NCBI GenBank assembly: GCA_029267315.1
Contig: JAJUJD010000001.1
Span: 5,185-69,184 of the forward strand
Length of the DNA stretch: 64,000 nt
Source of the DNA: Alcaligenaceae bacterium
Lineage (GTDB): Bacteria; Pseudomonadota; Gammaproteobacteria; Burkholderiales; Burkholderiaceae_B
Reading direction: 5' to 3'
Part shown: one piece after another, positions 11,656 through 22,075 of the stretch
Layout: each line of letters starts with the position of its first letter
Numbering within the stretch: the first letter of the stretch is position 1
Translations under genes and position numbers: made by a program
Notes under the pieces: model-generated
The model's database searches: none
Seen by the model: only the letters and a program-made list of their open reading frames with translations
What the model was told of the DNA's origin: nothing

Positions 11656-13149
11656 TCAGTCGTCGACGGCTTCCACCTGGATACTGAAGCCCGCTTTCTT
11701 CCACTCCTTGCGTTCTCCTTCCAGTGAATAGGCGGTCAGCGGCCGGGAATCCAGCCATTTGCGGGAAGCGAGGATAACGATGCGCTTGTTTTCCACTCGT
11801 ATGGTGAGGGGCAATTCTGCGATGGTTTCCCGGCGGCGGCACAGAAGGACAGCCAGTCGCAGGCAGAACAGTGCCAGCCAGTGCGCACGGGTATCTTCGG
11901 GCATGTGCTTGGGCAGTTTGCCCTGATGACCAAGGGCGAACGCTGCCAGCATTGCCTGGTCGTGCGTGGAAAAACCCGGCATGTCGGCGTTGCCCAATAC
12001 ATAGGCGGTGTGCTTGTCGTAATTGGAGTGGGATATGCTGATGCCCACTTCGTGCAGCTTGGCTACCCAGCTCACGATACGAGCAAGTTCTTCCTTTTCG
12101 CTGCTATCCGGCAGACCGAGCTGCTCGAATAGCACCATGGCAATCCGTTCCACGCGCTGAGCCTGCTGGGCATCAATGTGATAACGCCGCATGAATTGCT
12201 TGACGGTTTCGTCGCGTTTGTCGTGTTTGGAGTCACGGCCCAGGAGATCGTATAGGACCCCCATGCGCAGCGCGCCGTCACCAGCCCGCATGAGGTCGAT
12301 CTTGAGCTCCTGAAAGGCCGCCAGCATGATCGCCAGGCCACCCGCCAGCACGACTGCGCGGTCGGGCTTGAGGCCCGGTAGCGACGCCATATCCACCTTG
12401 CCGTCGCGTATCAGCTTGTTTTTCAGTTTCTCCAGCCCATCCCGCGTAATTCCTTTGGGAGACATGCCGGTTTCAGCCAGGACGGCGATAAGGCCCTTTG
12501 CTGTGCCGGATGAACCGAAGGCTTCGTCCCAACCAGCGCGTTTGTACAGCCGAGCAATGGTTTCAACCTCACGCCGTGCGGCCATGATGGCCTTGCGCAT
12601 GCGCTCTTCGGTGATGTCGCCGTCTGGGAAGAAGCGCCGCGTGTAACTTACGCAGCCCATATGTAGCGAGCTCAAGTGCAGGGGCTTGAATTCTTTACCG
12701 ATGATGATTTCCGTTGAGCCTCCGCCGATGTCTATCATCAGACGCCGGTTCGGTGACGGCGGAAGCTCGTGCGAAACTCCGGTGAAAATCAAGCGGGCCT
12801 CTTCCTGCCCGGAAATGATCTCAATGGGAAAGCCCAATGCGTCTTCCAACCTTGGAAGGATCTGCTGAGCATTGCTGGCGATTCGCAAGGTGTTGGTTGC
12901 GACTGCCCGCACCCGGTTCGGGTGGAAGCCCTCAATGCGCTCTGCAAAGCGTTTGAGTGCTTCGATGGCCCGCTGGACGGAGTCATCATCGAGCGCATTG
13001 TCTGCGCCTAGACCGGCGGCCAGCCTGACGTGTTCCTTGAGGCGGTCGATCGGGTAGATCTGGGCGACGCCATCCAGCTGTACGACTCGTCCGATAGAGA
13101 GTCGGAAGCTGTTCGACCCAAGGTCAATGGCGGCAAGAAGGGTGTCCAT
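11656..13149 (-). CDS. ppx: Exopolyphosphatase (Ppx/GppA family)
   Basis: AAIDLGSNSFRL, ISGQEEARL and DIGGGSTE, plus an HD-like C-terminal domain; divergent from ppk1. Confidence 0.96.
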   Translation of the reverse strand: MDTLLAAIDLGSNSFRLSIGRVVQLDGVAQIYPIDRLKEHVRLAAGLGADNALDDDSVQRAIEALKRFAERIEGFHPNRVRAVATNTLRIASNAQQILPRLEDALGFPIEIISGQEEARLIFTGVSHELPPSPNRRLMIDIGGGSTEIIIGKEFKPLHLSSLHMGCVSYTRRFFPDGDITEERMRKAIMAARREVETIARLYKRAGWDEAFGSSGTAKGLIAVLAETGMSPKGITRDGLEKLKNKLIRDGKVDMASLPGLKPDRAVVLAGGLAIMLAAFQELKIDLMRAGDGALRMGVLYDLLGRDSKHDKRDETVKQFMRRYHIDAQQAQRVERIAMVLFEQLGLPDSSEKEELARIVSWVAKLHEVGISISHSNYDKHTAYVLGNADMPGFSTHDQAMLAAFALGHQGKLPKHMPEDTRAHWLALFCLRLAVLLCRRRETIAELPLTIRVENKRIVILASRKWLDSRPLTAYSLEGERKEWKKAGFSIQVEAVDD

Positions 13150-13235
13150 GATGAGACTCTTTGCTGACGGCTTGGGCGGATTATAGTTTCCATCCGCATT
13201 TCAGCTTCAAGTAGCCTCCATCTCATTTGGGGCTT

Positions 13236-13253
13236 GTGTCATATGACGGTAAG
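13236..13253 (+). promoter_or_regulatory. Putative Pho box upstream of ppk1
   Basis: GTGTCAT-ATGA-CGGTAAG with 11-bp periodicity resembles CTGTCAT-N4-CTGTCAC. Confidence 0.5.
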
Positions 13254-13303
13254 ATTTCTCCAGTAAAAGATCCGATTTGCATTTACTTTCCGACTGGCAT
13301 TCC

Positions 13304-15379
13304 ATGCTCCCCATTTCGTCTGATCCTACCCTGCTTAACCGGGAATTATCGCTGTTGAAATTCAATGAGCGGGTGCTGTCCATGGCGGAGCGTGACGATG
13401 TGCCCCTGTTGGAGCGGCTCAGATATCTCTGCATCGTCGGTTCCAACCTCGATGAGTTCTTCGAGATTCGTATCGCCAGCTTGAAAGAACAGATGCGGCA
13501 GAACCCGGATCTATTGGCGGCCGATGGCTATACCCCCAACGCTGCCTTTGCCCGCATTCATGTGGCAACGCATGAACTGGTCGACCGTCAGAACGCGCTA
13601 CTGACCGAAAAGGTGCTGCCAGCACTCCTGGAGGAAGGCATAGGGCTGATGCCCAGCCGGGACTGGAACGAGGCCACGCGCCAATGGGCGCATGAAACAT
13701 TCGTGCGCGACGTCATGCCTTTGTTGACGCCCATCGGCCTTGACCCGGCCCATCCTTTTCCCCGTGTTTACAACAAGAGCCTCAATTTCATTGTTCCATT
13801 GTCGGGGAAGGACGCTTTCGGCCGCCGGGCCACCATCGCGATCATGCAGGCTCCGCGGGCATTGCCTCGGATCATCAAAGTGCCAGTTGAGGTCTGTGGC
13901 CTGCCTCATGGTTTTGTCTTGCTTACTGCGCTCATTCGCGCGTTTGCCGCGGAATTATTCCCGGGGCTGGAAGTCAGGGATTGCTTCCAGTGGCGCGTGA
14001 CGCGCAACAGCGACCTATTTGTCGACGAAGAAGAAATCACCAACCTGCGTCATGCCTTGCAAGGCGAACTTTCACAGCGCAACTTCGGCGCCGCCGTTCG
14101 GCTTGAGGTCGACGACTCCATGCCGGAAGATCTCGAGGAATTTCTGCAAAAGGAGTTCGGCCTCACACCGCAGGACACTTACCGTGTGAAGGGGCCGGTG
14201 AACCTGGCGCGGCTCATGCAGATGTGCAATGCAGTAGACCGGCATGACCTTTCCTTTCCAACTTACCGCCCACCAGTGCCCGCTCCCTTCAATACGCTGG
14301 ACGAGCGCCCGGGAGCCTTGTTCGAAGCCCTTTCGCGGCAGGATCATCTGCTCCACCATCCCTATCAGTCATTTCAGCCAGTGCTGGATTTCCTGACCGC
14401 CGCGGCGGTTGATTCCAACGTAGTGGCCATCAAGCAGACCATCTACCGTACGGGCGAGGATTCCGAGCTCATGCGCCTGCTGGTGGCGGCGGCCAAGGCG
14501 GGCAAAGAAGTCACGGTGGTAGTGGAGCTCATGGCCCGCTTCGATGAGCAAACCAATATCAATTGGGCGGCCAAGCTGGAGGAAGTGGGGGCGCACGTCA
14601 GCTACGGTGTCGTGGGACACAAAACTCACGCCAAGATGGCGCTGGTGCTGCGGCGCGAGGGAGGCCGCATCAAACGCTACGGCCACCTTGGCACAGGAAA
14701 CTATCATCCCCGCACGGCGCGGCTCTATACGGATTTCGGGCTGTTGACGGCGGACCAACGGCTATGCGAAGACATGGATAAGGTCTTCTCCCTGCTCACT
14801 GGGCTCGGTGCCCGTAGGCCTTTGCGCCTGATGTTGCAGTCTCCGTTCACTTTGCACGAAACCATGCTCGCCATGGTTCGGGCCGAAGCCCAGGCCGCCA
14901 AGGAGGGAAAGCGTGCTCGCATCATGGCCAAGATGAACTCACTGCTTGAGCCCGGCATCATCGACGCCCTTTACAGGGCCAGCCAGGCGGGAGTGAAAAT
15001 CGACCTCATCGTGCGAGGTGCTTGTGCTTTGCGAGCCGGTGTACCCGGGCTTTCCGAGAACATTCGGGTCAGGTCCATCGTGGGACGCTTCCTCGAGCAT
15101 TCACGGGTGTTTTATTTCTACGCCAAGGGCGCCGAAAACGTGTATTTGTCGTCGGCTGACTGGATGGATCGCAACTTCTTCCGCCGTGTGGAAGTCGCTT
15201 TCCCGATTCTGGACAGGCGCTTGAAGCGGCGTGTCATTCGGGAATCATTCACGATTGCCTTGCGTGACAATCAGTTGGCGTGGAAGGCCCTGCCAAATGG
15301 CAGTTACGTTCGAGTGCGCAGCCGAAGCAAGCCGGTGAACCTGCACGAGGTACTGATGCAAGAACTCGGTGCGAACTGA
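13304..15379 (+). CDS. ppk1: Polyphosphate kinase 1
   Basis: NRELSLLKFNERVL, SNLDEFF, ARFDEQTN, KTHAK, GRFLEHSR and SADWMDRN. Confidence 0.98.
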   Translation: MLPISSDPTLLNRELSLLKFNERVLSMAERDDVPLLERLRYLCIVGSNLDEFFEIRIASLKEQMRQNPDLLAADGYTPNAAFARIHVATHELVDRQNALLTEKVLPALLEEGIGLMPSRDWNEATRQWAHETFVRDVMPLLTPIGLDPAHPFPRVYNKSLNFIVPLSGKDAFGRRATIAIMQAPRALPRIIKVPVEVCGLPHGFVLLTALIRAFAAELFPGLEVRDCFQWRVTRNSDLFVDEEEITNLRHALQGELSQRNFGAAVRLEVDDSMPEDLEEFLQKEFGLTPQDTYRVKGPVNLARLMQMCNAVDRHDLSFPTYRPPVPAPFNTLDERPGALFEALSRQDHLLHHPYQSFQPVLDFLTAAAVDSNVVAIKQTIYRTGEDSELMRLLVAAAKAGKEVTVVVELMARFDEQTNINWAAKLEEVGAHVSYGVVGHKTHAKMALVLRREGGRIKRYGHLGTGNYHPRTARLYTDFGLLTADQRLCEDMDKVFSLLTGLGARRPLRLMLQSPFTLHETMLAMVRAEAQAAKEGKRARIMAKMNSLLEPGIIDALYRASQAGVKIDLIVRGACALRAGVPGLSENIRVRSIVGRFLEHSRVFYFYAKGAENVYLSSADWMDRNFFRRVEVAFPILDRRLKRRVIRESFTIALRDNQLAWKALPNGSYVRVRSRSKPVNLHEVLMQELGAN

Positions 15380-15422
15380 AGCGAAGGCGGGAAGCCAGCA
15401 CGGTGCGTGAATTGCTGGGCGG

Positions 15423-15440
15423 CTGTAATAGACATGTCAT
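15423..15440 (+). promoter_or_regulatory. Pho box upstream of pstS
   Basis: CTGTAAT-AGAC-ATGTCAT, two 7-bp direct repeats 11 bp apart. Confidence 0.75.
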
Positions 15441-15512
15441 ATTGCTCGCCTACTATTTCCTCTATCGAAGCTTTGCTCCCCGATTCACCGGATTGTCTAA
15501 GAGGATACCTTC

Positions 15513-16556
15513 ATGTTCAAACGCATCTTCAAACAAGTTTCCATCGGTGTGGCCCTGTCGGCTGCAGCGCTCTCCGCCCATGCGATCGACATCACCGGGG
15601 CAGGTGCGTCCTTCCCGTATCCGGCTTATGCCAAGTGGGCCGCCAAGTACCAGGAGGAAACCGGCCACCGCATCAATTACCAGTCCATTGGTTCAGGCGG
15701 CGGTCAGCAGCAAATCATCGCCAAGACGGTGGACTTCGGTGCTTCCGACGACCCGATGAAGGCAGACGCTCTGAAAGAGCACAACCTGGTGCAGTTCCCG
15801 GCCATCATTGGCGGTGTAGTACCCGTCGTCAATATTCAGGGTATCGAACCTGGCAAACTAAAGCTGTCGGGCGCGGTGCTGGGCGATATCTATCTGAAGA
15901 AGATCACCAAGTGGAATGACGAAGCCATCAAGGCTCTGAACCCGGATCTCGAACTGCCCAATAGCACGATCATCGTGGTGCACCGTTCAGACGGCTCCGG
16001 CACGACCTTCAACTGGACCAACTACCTTTCCAAGGTATCCCCCGACTGGAAGAACACGGTTGGCGAGGGCAAGGCCGTGAAATGGCCCGTGGGGCAGGGC
16101 GGTAAGGGCAATGAAGGTGTGGCTGCCTACGTACGACAGCTGAAAAACTCCATCGGCTACGTGGAGTACGCTTACGCCAAGCAGAATAATTTGTCGTGGG
16201 CCCAGCTGCAGAATAAGGATGGCAACTTCGTGCAGCCTTCGGAAGAGACCTTTGCGGCCGCAGCGGCGAACGCCGATTGGAACAGCGTGCCGGGCATGGG
16301 TGTGGTGCTGACCGACGAACCGGGTGCGGATTCCTGGCCCATTACCGCCGCCAGCTTCATTCTGGTGCATAAGGTTCAGGAAAAGCCTGAGCATGGCAAA
16401 GCAGTGCTTGAGTTCTTTGACTGGGCCTTCAAAAACGGTCAGCAAATGGCAAGTGAGCTGGACTACGTGCCCATGCCCGAGTCGGTTGTGAAGCAGATTG
16501 CTGAAAAGTGGAAGAGTGACATCAAGGCGGCTGACGGGTCCCCGATCTGGCAGTAA
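15513..16556 (+). CDS. pstS: Phosphate ABC transporter substrate-binding protein
   Basis: Signal peptide, GAGASFP, YQSIGSGGG and RSDGSGTT. Confidence 0.98.
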   Translation: MFKRIFKQVSIGVALSAAALSAHAIDITGAGASFPYPAYAKWAAKYQEETGHRINYQSIGSGGGQQQIIAKTVDFGASDDPMKADALKEHNLVQFPAIIGGVVPVVNIQGIEPGKLKLSGAVLGDIYLKKITKWNDEAIKALNPDLELPNSTIIVVHRSDGSGTTFNWTNYLSKVSPDWKNTVGEGKAVKWPVGQGGKGNEGVAAYVRQLKNSIGYVEYAYAKQNNLSWAQLQNKDGNFVQPSEETFAAAAANADWNSVPGMGVVLTDEPGADSWPITAASFILVHKVQEKPEHGKAVLEFFDWAFKNGQQMASELDYVPMPESVVKQIAEKWKSDIKAADGSPIWQ

Positions 16557-16601
16557 GGTTAAAATCAGTTCCAACTTTGGTCTGATTACCGGCCTGCCAG
16601 A

Positions 16602-16641
16602 AGACGGCGCTGTACAACAATAGCGCCGTCTGCTTTTATTT
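16602..16641 (+). terminator. Intercistronic hairpin after pstS
   Basis: AGACGGCGCT...AGCGCCGTCT followed by a T-rich run. Confidence 0.55.
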
Positions 16642-16692
16642 CCTTTCCTTAATTCTGTTGTAACTCCACCGGTGTAACGCCATACTGCCGTC

Positions 16693-17631
16693 ATGAAGAG
16701 TCACTCAAATGCGCTGATGGATCTCCTGTTCAAGAACCTGACGCGCACTTTTGCGTTCCTGGTGTTCATCCTGCTGGCTGGTATCATGGTCTCGCTCATT
16801 TGGGGCAGCCGTGAATCCATCGCCCAGCACGGTCTTGCCTTCCTCTGGACGAATGAATGGGATCCCGTCCAGAACGTGTATGGTGCCCTGGTGCCCATTA
16901 CCGGGACATTGCTCACGTCATTCATTGCCCTGATCATTGCCGTACCGGTTTCTTTTGGCATCGCCATGTTCCTGACGGAGCTTTCGCCCGTGTGGCTGCG
17001 CCGCCCCCTGGGCACCGCCATCGAAATGCTGGCAGCCATCCCGTCCATCATCTATGGCATGTGGGGCCTTTTCGTTTTCGTTCCGCTTTTCCAGCAATAC
17101 ATTCAGCCTCATGTCATAGAATTTTTTGAGGGCGTACCGGTTCTGGAACAGATTTTCGGCGGCGCTCCATTTGGCATCGGCGTCTTCACAGCTGGCCTGA
17201 TTCTTTCGATCATGATTATTCCGTTCATTGCGGCGGTGATGCGCGACGTCTTCGAACTGGTTCCACCCATGTTGAAGGAATCGGCCTACGGCCTGGGAAG
17301 CACCACTTGGGAAGTCGTCTGGAAGGTCATCCTGCCATACACCAAGAGTGGGGTAATCGGCGGCATCATGTTGGGCCTGGGCCGTGCGCTGGGGGAAACT
17401 ATGGCCGTCACGTTCGTGATTGGCAACTCCTTCAATCTGCCTGATTCAATCTTTGCGCCGTCCAATTCCATTGCTTCCGCCCTGGCCAACGAATTCAACG
17501 AGGCTGGCGGCATGCAGAAGGCGGCCTTGCTGGAACTCGGCCTGATTCTCTTCCTCATCACGACTATCGTGCTGGCTTTCTCCAAAATGCTCTTGCTGCG
17601 CCTGTCCAAATCTGAGGGGACCTCGCGCTAA
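16693..17631 (+). CDS. pstC: Phosphate ABC transporter permease
   Basis: [10 protein letters not shown] and [11 protein letters not shown]; operon position. Confidence 0.97.
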   Translation: MKSHSNALMDLLFKNLTRTFAFLVFILLAGIMVSLIWGSRESIAQHGLAFLWTNEWDPVQNVYGALVPITGTLLTSFIALIIAVPVSFGIAMFLTELSPVWLRRPLGTAIEMLAAIPSIIYGMWGLFVFVPLFQQYIQPHVIEFFEGVPVLEQIFGGAPFGIGVFTAGLILSIMIIPFIAAVMRDVFELVPPMLKESAYGLGSTTWEVVWKVILPYTKSGVIGGIMLGLGRALGETMAVTFVIGNSFNLPDSIFAPSNSIASALANEFNEAGGMQKAALLELGLILFLITTIVLAFSKMLLLRLSKSEGTSR

Positions 17632-17645
17632 GCGGGATTAACACC

Positions 17646-18509
17646 ATGTTTGACACTGATTCCGTCATTGGCGTTTCCAACCGCGTCTATCGTCGCAGGC
17701 GTGTGGTCAACCGCATCATGCTGACGCTGTCCGGTGCCGCCGTGGCATTCGGCCTGTTCTGGCTGTTCTGGATTATCCTCACGCTGCTCACCAAAGGGGC
17801 GTCAGCGTTATCCTTCTCGCTGCTCACGCAGCCGACGCCCCCACCCGGCGGGGAAGGTGGATTGCTCAATGCCATTGTGGGGAGTGTGCTGATGGCCGTA
17901 ACGGCCACATTGGTCGGCACGCCAATTGGCGTGCTGGCGGGTACCTATCTGGCAGAGTATGGAAACCGGGGCTGGCTGGCGCCGGCGACGCGTTTTCTTA
18001 ATGACGTGTTGCTGTCTGCCCCCTCCATTGTGATCGGTCTGTTCATCTACGCGGTATACGTCGCTCAGGTCGGACACTATTCGGGTTGGGCGGGTGCGTT
18101 GGCGCTGGCCATCATCGTGATTCCAGTGGTGGTTCGTGCCACCGACAACATGTTGCTGCTGGTACCCAATAGCCTGCGAGAGGCCGCAGCGGCTCTGGGG
18201 TGTCCCAAATGGCGTGTCATCACCATGGTGTGCTATCGCGCGGCTCGCTCGGGCATGATCACCGGGGTGCTGCTGGCCATTGCACGGATCTCCGGTGAAA
18301 CTGCACCACTGCTCTTCACTGCTCTCAACAATCAGTTCATGTCCATGAACATGAACGCCCCGCTGGCCAATCTGCCGGTGGTGATCTTCCAGTACGCCGC
18401 CAGCCCCTTCGAGGACTGGAATCGCCTCGCGTGGGCCGGCGCGGTTTTGATCACCATCCTGGTGCTGGGCATCAATATTCTGGCCCGTAGCCTTTTCCGC
18501 AATAAATAA
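17646..18509 (+). CDS. pstA: Phosphate ABC transporter permease
   Basis: [17 protein letters not shown] and [13 protein letters not shown]. Confidence 0.97.
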   Translation: MFDTDSVIGVSNRVYRRRRVVNRIMLTLSGAAVAFGLFWLFWIILTLLTKGASALSFSLLTQPTPPPGGEGGLLNAIVGSVLMAVTATLVGTPIGVLAGTYLAEYGNRGWLAPATRFLNDVLLSAPSIVIGLFIYAVYVAQVGHYSGWAGALALAIIVIPVVVRATDNMLLLVPNSLREAAAALGCPKWRVITMVCYRAARSGMITGVLLAIARISGETAPLLFTALNNQFMSMNMNAPLANLPVVIFQYAASPFEDWNRLAWAGAVLITILVLGINILARSLFRNK

Positions 18510-18541
18510 GCTGACGGCGGCACGCCCGCCCGGATTATCAA

Positions 18542-19318
18542 ATGACTACTTCTGCTTCCGCCGAACGCATCAAGCTCGACGTCAAGGATCTGAATTTCTA
18601 CTATGGCGATTTCCACGCCATCAAGAACGTCAGCATGTCTATTTACGAGAATAAGGTGACGGCGTTCATCGGCCCGTCCGGCTGCGGGAAATCCACGCTA
18701 CTGCGCACCTTCAATCGCATGTTCGAACTGTATCCGGGACAGCGCGCCGAAGGTCAGATCCTGCTGGATGGCGAAGACCTACTGCAGTCCAAACTCGATA
18801 TTTCGCTTATTCGGGCGAAGGTCGGAATGGTTTTCCAAAAGCCGACGCCTTTTCCCATGAGCATTTACGACAACGTCGCATTTGGCGTAAGGCTGTTCGA
18901 GAGGTTGAGCAAAGCTGAGATGGACGAACGAGTCGAGTGGGCATTGACCAAAGCGGCCATCTGGAACGAAGTGAAAGACAAGCTTCACCAGAGTGGAAAC
19001 AGCTTGTCTGGCGGGCAGCAGCAGCGTCTTTGCATTGCCCGTGGCGTAGCCATCAAACCTGAAATCCTGCTGCTGGATGAACCCTGCTCCGCCCTAGATC
19101 CCATCTCCACCGCCAAGATCGAGGAGCTCATTGCGGAGCTGAAGTCGGATTACACCGTTGTCATCGTTACGCATAACATGCAACAAGCGGCGCGGTGCTC
19201 TGACTACACAGCGTATATGTATCTCGGTGAGCTCATGGAATATGGCGAGACCGATCAAATCTTTGTGAAACCAGTTCGCAAGGAAACTGAAGACTATATT
19301 ACCGGCCGTTTCGGTTGA
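18542..19318 (+). CDS. pstB: Phosphate ABC transporter ATPase
   Basis: [27 protein letters not shown] and the C-terminal YITGRFG. Confidence 0.98.
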   Translation: MTTSASAERIKLDVKDLNFYYGDFHAIKNVSMSIYENKVTAFIGPSGCGKSTLLRTFNRMFELYPGQRAEGQILLDGEDLLQSKLDISLIRAKVGMVFQKPTPFPMSIYDNVAFGVRLFERLSKAEMDERVEWALTKAAIWNEVKDKLHQSGNSLSGGQQQRLCIARGVAIKPEILLLDEPCSALDPISTAKIEELIAELKSDYTVVIVTHNMQQAARCSDYTAYMYLGELMEYGETDQIFVKPVRKETEDYITGRFG

Positions 19319-19355
19319 TAATTTGATGGCGCGTTCAGCGCACCATGTGACACCC

Positions 19356-19378
19356 GCCCCGCGAAAGCGGGGCTTTTT
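19356..19378 (+). terminator. Intrinsic terminator of the pst operon
   Basis: GCCCCGC-GAAA-GCGGGGC-TTTTT. Confidence 0.85.
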
Positions 19379-19747
19379 GTTGACGGAATCGCGTAATTTT
19401 TCAGTAATTTGACTACATTTTTCTGTGTGAAGGCAACAACTTCCCAGAATTTCGGTGCAGGTTAACCCTCGGATTTGCGTCGGAAGTCCGAATCGGAATA
19501 CTTTGTGTCCGGTTCACGATAGTTACTCTCTTCGGCTTTTTGATAACCTGCCTTCGAGCTTGCGAAAACATAAATTGATACATGCATAGCTCGCGCCGAC
19601 AAAATCGGCGTCCCGGTTTGACTGCAGCACCACATAGCTGAGTCCGTTTCCCTTTCCTCTAAGAAATTCCCTTCTGCTGGGAAGGCCTGTTCACGCAGGT
19701 TGGAAACGCTCAGCCTCAATCACTGGTGGATCAAGGGAGATATTCAA

Positions 19748-21115
19748 GTGAAGAAGATACACGTGGCATGTGAAGCATCGGATGGTCGCCGTCGTTTCAT
19801 GAAAACCTCGGCAGGGGTGGCCGGTGGGTTATTGCTGCCGACCATGTCCGGCAATGTCTGGGCTCAAAAGAAGGATTATCCCTCCTTGGGCAACTTTCCT
19901 GCGGGGGTCTCCGGTGATACGGTCACCGCTGGGCTGACCCTGGACCTCACCGGGCCATATTCGGCAGAAGGCGCAGGGCAGAAGCGCGGCTTCGAACTGG
20001 CAGCGGAGCTCATCAACAAGGGCGACCCCCGGATCAAGAAGGTTTCCCCACTTACCAAAGAGGGCATCCTCGGCAAGAAGTTGGTATTGACCATCGGCGA
20101 TGCAGAGACCAAGCCCAACAGTGCTGTACAGGCCGCGACACGCTTCATCCGTCAGGATAAGGCCATGATGGTCTCGGGCAGCGTCAGCAGCTCGGTGGCC
20201 ATTGCCTTGCAGAACACCTGCGACCGGGCCAAGACCCTGTATTTCTCGGTGATCAGCGGCTCCAGCGACACCACCGGCAAAGATTGCCGCCGCTACGGTT
20301 TCAGGCTCTGCCACCACGCCTATACGGCGTCCAAGGCCATTGCTCCGATTCTTGCCAAGGAATACGGCAAGAACATGAAGGCCATCCACTTGGTGCCCGA
20401 CTACAACTACGGCCACTCCATCCACCACTACATGAAGCAGTTTACGGAGGAGCAGGGCTGGACTACGATCGACAACCCCCAAATCCACCCGCTCGGCGCG
20501 ACAGACTTCAGCTCCTGGATGCTGAACATCGCAAACAGCGGTGCAGACATCCTCATCAACCACGACTATGGCGCTGACGCCGTGAACTCGGCCAAGCAGG
20601 CCTATGAATTCGGTGTACTCAAGAAGATGAAGATGTGCGTGCCCTACCTGCCGGCTTACATGCTTGAAGAGGTGGGTCCGGAGATTATGGAGGGTGTGCT
20701 TGGCACCATGGTGTTCTGGTGGACTGAAGGCATGAAGCACGAAGTCGGCCGTGATTTCGTCGAAGCCTATAAGGAAAAATACAACGCCATTCCGCGTGAC
20801 CCGGAACATAACGCTTACATGACCATGCTGCTGTGGGCGGATGCCTGCGAACGGGCCGGCACCTTCTACCCGGCCGCCGTGGTAGAGGCCCTCGAGGACG
20901 GCATTAATCACAAGCGTCCGTACAGCATGGGCGGCGAAGTCTACTTCCGTGCGGAAGACCACGACGGGGTCGCCGACTTCGCCATCGTTCGCGGCAAGAA
21001 GCCCTCGGAAATCCAGAACAAGGATGATCTGGTTGACGTGGTTGCCGTTGCCAACGGTCTGGAGACCTTGCCGCCTGTGGACTACGCAGGTTGCAAGATG
21101 GGCCCGGCCGCCTGA
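19748..21115 (+). CDS. LivJ-like ABC substrate-binding protein with a Tat signal peptide
   Basis: GRRRFMK twin-arginine motif and VWA-Q cleavage site; type-1 periplasmic binding motifs (LTGPYSAEG, GSVSSSVA, DYNYG). GTG start after GGGAG. Confidence 0.9.
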   Translation: MKKIHVACEASDGRRRFMKTSAGVAGGLLLPTMSGNVWAQKKDYPSLGNFPAGVSGDTVTAGLTLDLTGPYSAEGAGQKRGFELAAELINKGDPRIKKVSPLTKEGILGKKLVLTIGDAETKPNSAVQAATRFIRQDKAMMVSGSVSSSVAIALQNTCDRAKTLYFSVISGSSDTTGKDCRRYGFRLCHHAYTASKAIAPILAKEYGKNMKAIHLVPDYNYGHSIHHYMKQFTEEQGWTTIDNPQIHPLGATDFSSWMLNIANSGADILINHDYGADAVNSAKQAYEFGVLKKMKMCVPYLPAYMLEEVGPEIMEGVLGTMVFWWTEGMKHEVGRDFVEAYKEKYNAIPRDPEHNAYMTMLLWADACERAGTFYPAAVVEALEDGINHKRPYSMGGEVYFRAEDHDGVADFAIVRGKKPSEIQNKDDLVDVVAVANGLETLPPVDYAGCKMGPAA

Positions 21116-21124
21116 TGAGGTCCG

Positions 21125-21155
21125 CGCCCCGGAGACGAGCATCGTTTCCGGGGCG
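21125..21155 (+). other. Intercistronic stem-loop after the binding-protein gene
   Basis: CGCCCCGGAGACGA-GCA-TCGTTTCCGGGGCG with no U-tract; likely a stabilising hairpin. Confidence 0.55.
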
Positions 21156-21208
21156 GGTATGGGCTGCATCCAGATCTGCATAACAAAGGCAAAAGAGGGG
21201 GGACGGGC

Positions 21209-22075
21209 ATGAGCCTTTTCATGTCGCAAGTTTTTAACGGCCTGGCTTTGGGTGTGCTGCTGGCACTCATTGCGACAGGTCTCACCATCATTTACGGTAC
21301 GTTGGGAGTCATCAACTTTGCCCACGGCGCCTTGTTTGTTGTCGGCGCTTACGCGGGCTTCTCCATATTCACCGCCACAGGTTCCTTCGTAGTCAGCCTG
21401 ATCGGGGCGGCGGTAGTCGCCATGGCAGTGGGGCTCATCATGGAGCGGGGGTTGATCAAGCGCTTCTATCACCGACCCCATGAAGATCAGATACTGGTCA
21501 CCTTCGGCATCAGCATCGTCATTGTTGAGGTCATCCGGGGCATTTATGGCGGGGTGGGGCAGCGCGTACCCTTGCCAACATGGGGTGAAGGCGCGGTCCA
21601 CCTGGGCTTTCTCACCTACCCTTTGTATCGGCTCGAGATCATGGCCATTGCGGCCTCTGTCCTCTTTGCCTGCTGGTACGTGCTGTACCGCACGCGGCTG
21701 GGCCTGATCATTCGTTCCGGTATTGAAGACGCCATGATGGTCCGCCTGTTGGGCATCAATGTGCAGCGGTACTTCATGTTGGTGTTCGGCATCGGGGCCG
21801 CTGCGGCCGGATTCGCCGGAATGATCTACGGGCCCATGGTGTCCATCGTTCCCGACATGGGTTTCCGCGTGCTCATCCAGTCCTTCGTCGTAGTGGTGCT
21901 GGGTGGCGTCGGTTCATTCCCGGGGGCGATTCTGGGCGGTTTGATCGCGGGCCAGATTCTCAGTCTTACCTCATTGATCAATCCAGTTTATTCCGACGTC
22001 ATGCTTTTCGCTGCCATGGCGCTGATCCTGATCATCAGGCCGCAAGGTCTCATGGGTGTGGAGGGTAGAGCATGA
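21209..22075 (+). CDS. LivH-type ABC permease
   Basis: GLTIIYGTLGVINFAHG and VVVLGGVGS. Confidence 0.93.
   Translation: MSLFMSQVFNGLALGVLLALIATGLTIIYGTLGVINFAHGALFVVGAYAGFSIFTATGSFVVSLIGAAVVAMAVGLIMERGLIKRFYHRPHEDQILVTFGISIVIVEVIRGIYGGVGQRVPLPTWGEGAVHLGFLTYPLYRLEIMAIAASVLFACWYVLYRTRLGLIIRSGIEDAMMVRLLGINVQRYFMLVFGIGAAAAGFAGMIYGPMVSIVPDMGFRVLIQSFVVVVLGGVGSFPGAILGGLIAGQILSLTSLINPVYSDVMLFAAMALILIIRPQGLMGVEGRA

Noticed and set aside
16655-16690. TGTAACnCCA repeat before pstC, and Pho-like half-sites near 11555 and 50467
   Set aside because: Spacing is 14 bp rather than 11, or the second half-site is too degenerate.
19829-21601. 590-aa antisense ORF, and similar long ones at 770-2290, 8075-9136, 24895-25872, 57307-58371 and 59946-61004
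   Set aside because: Shadow frames opposite clear genes, as expected from high-GC codon bias; no recognisable motifs.
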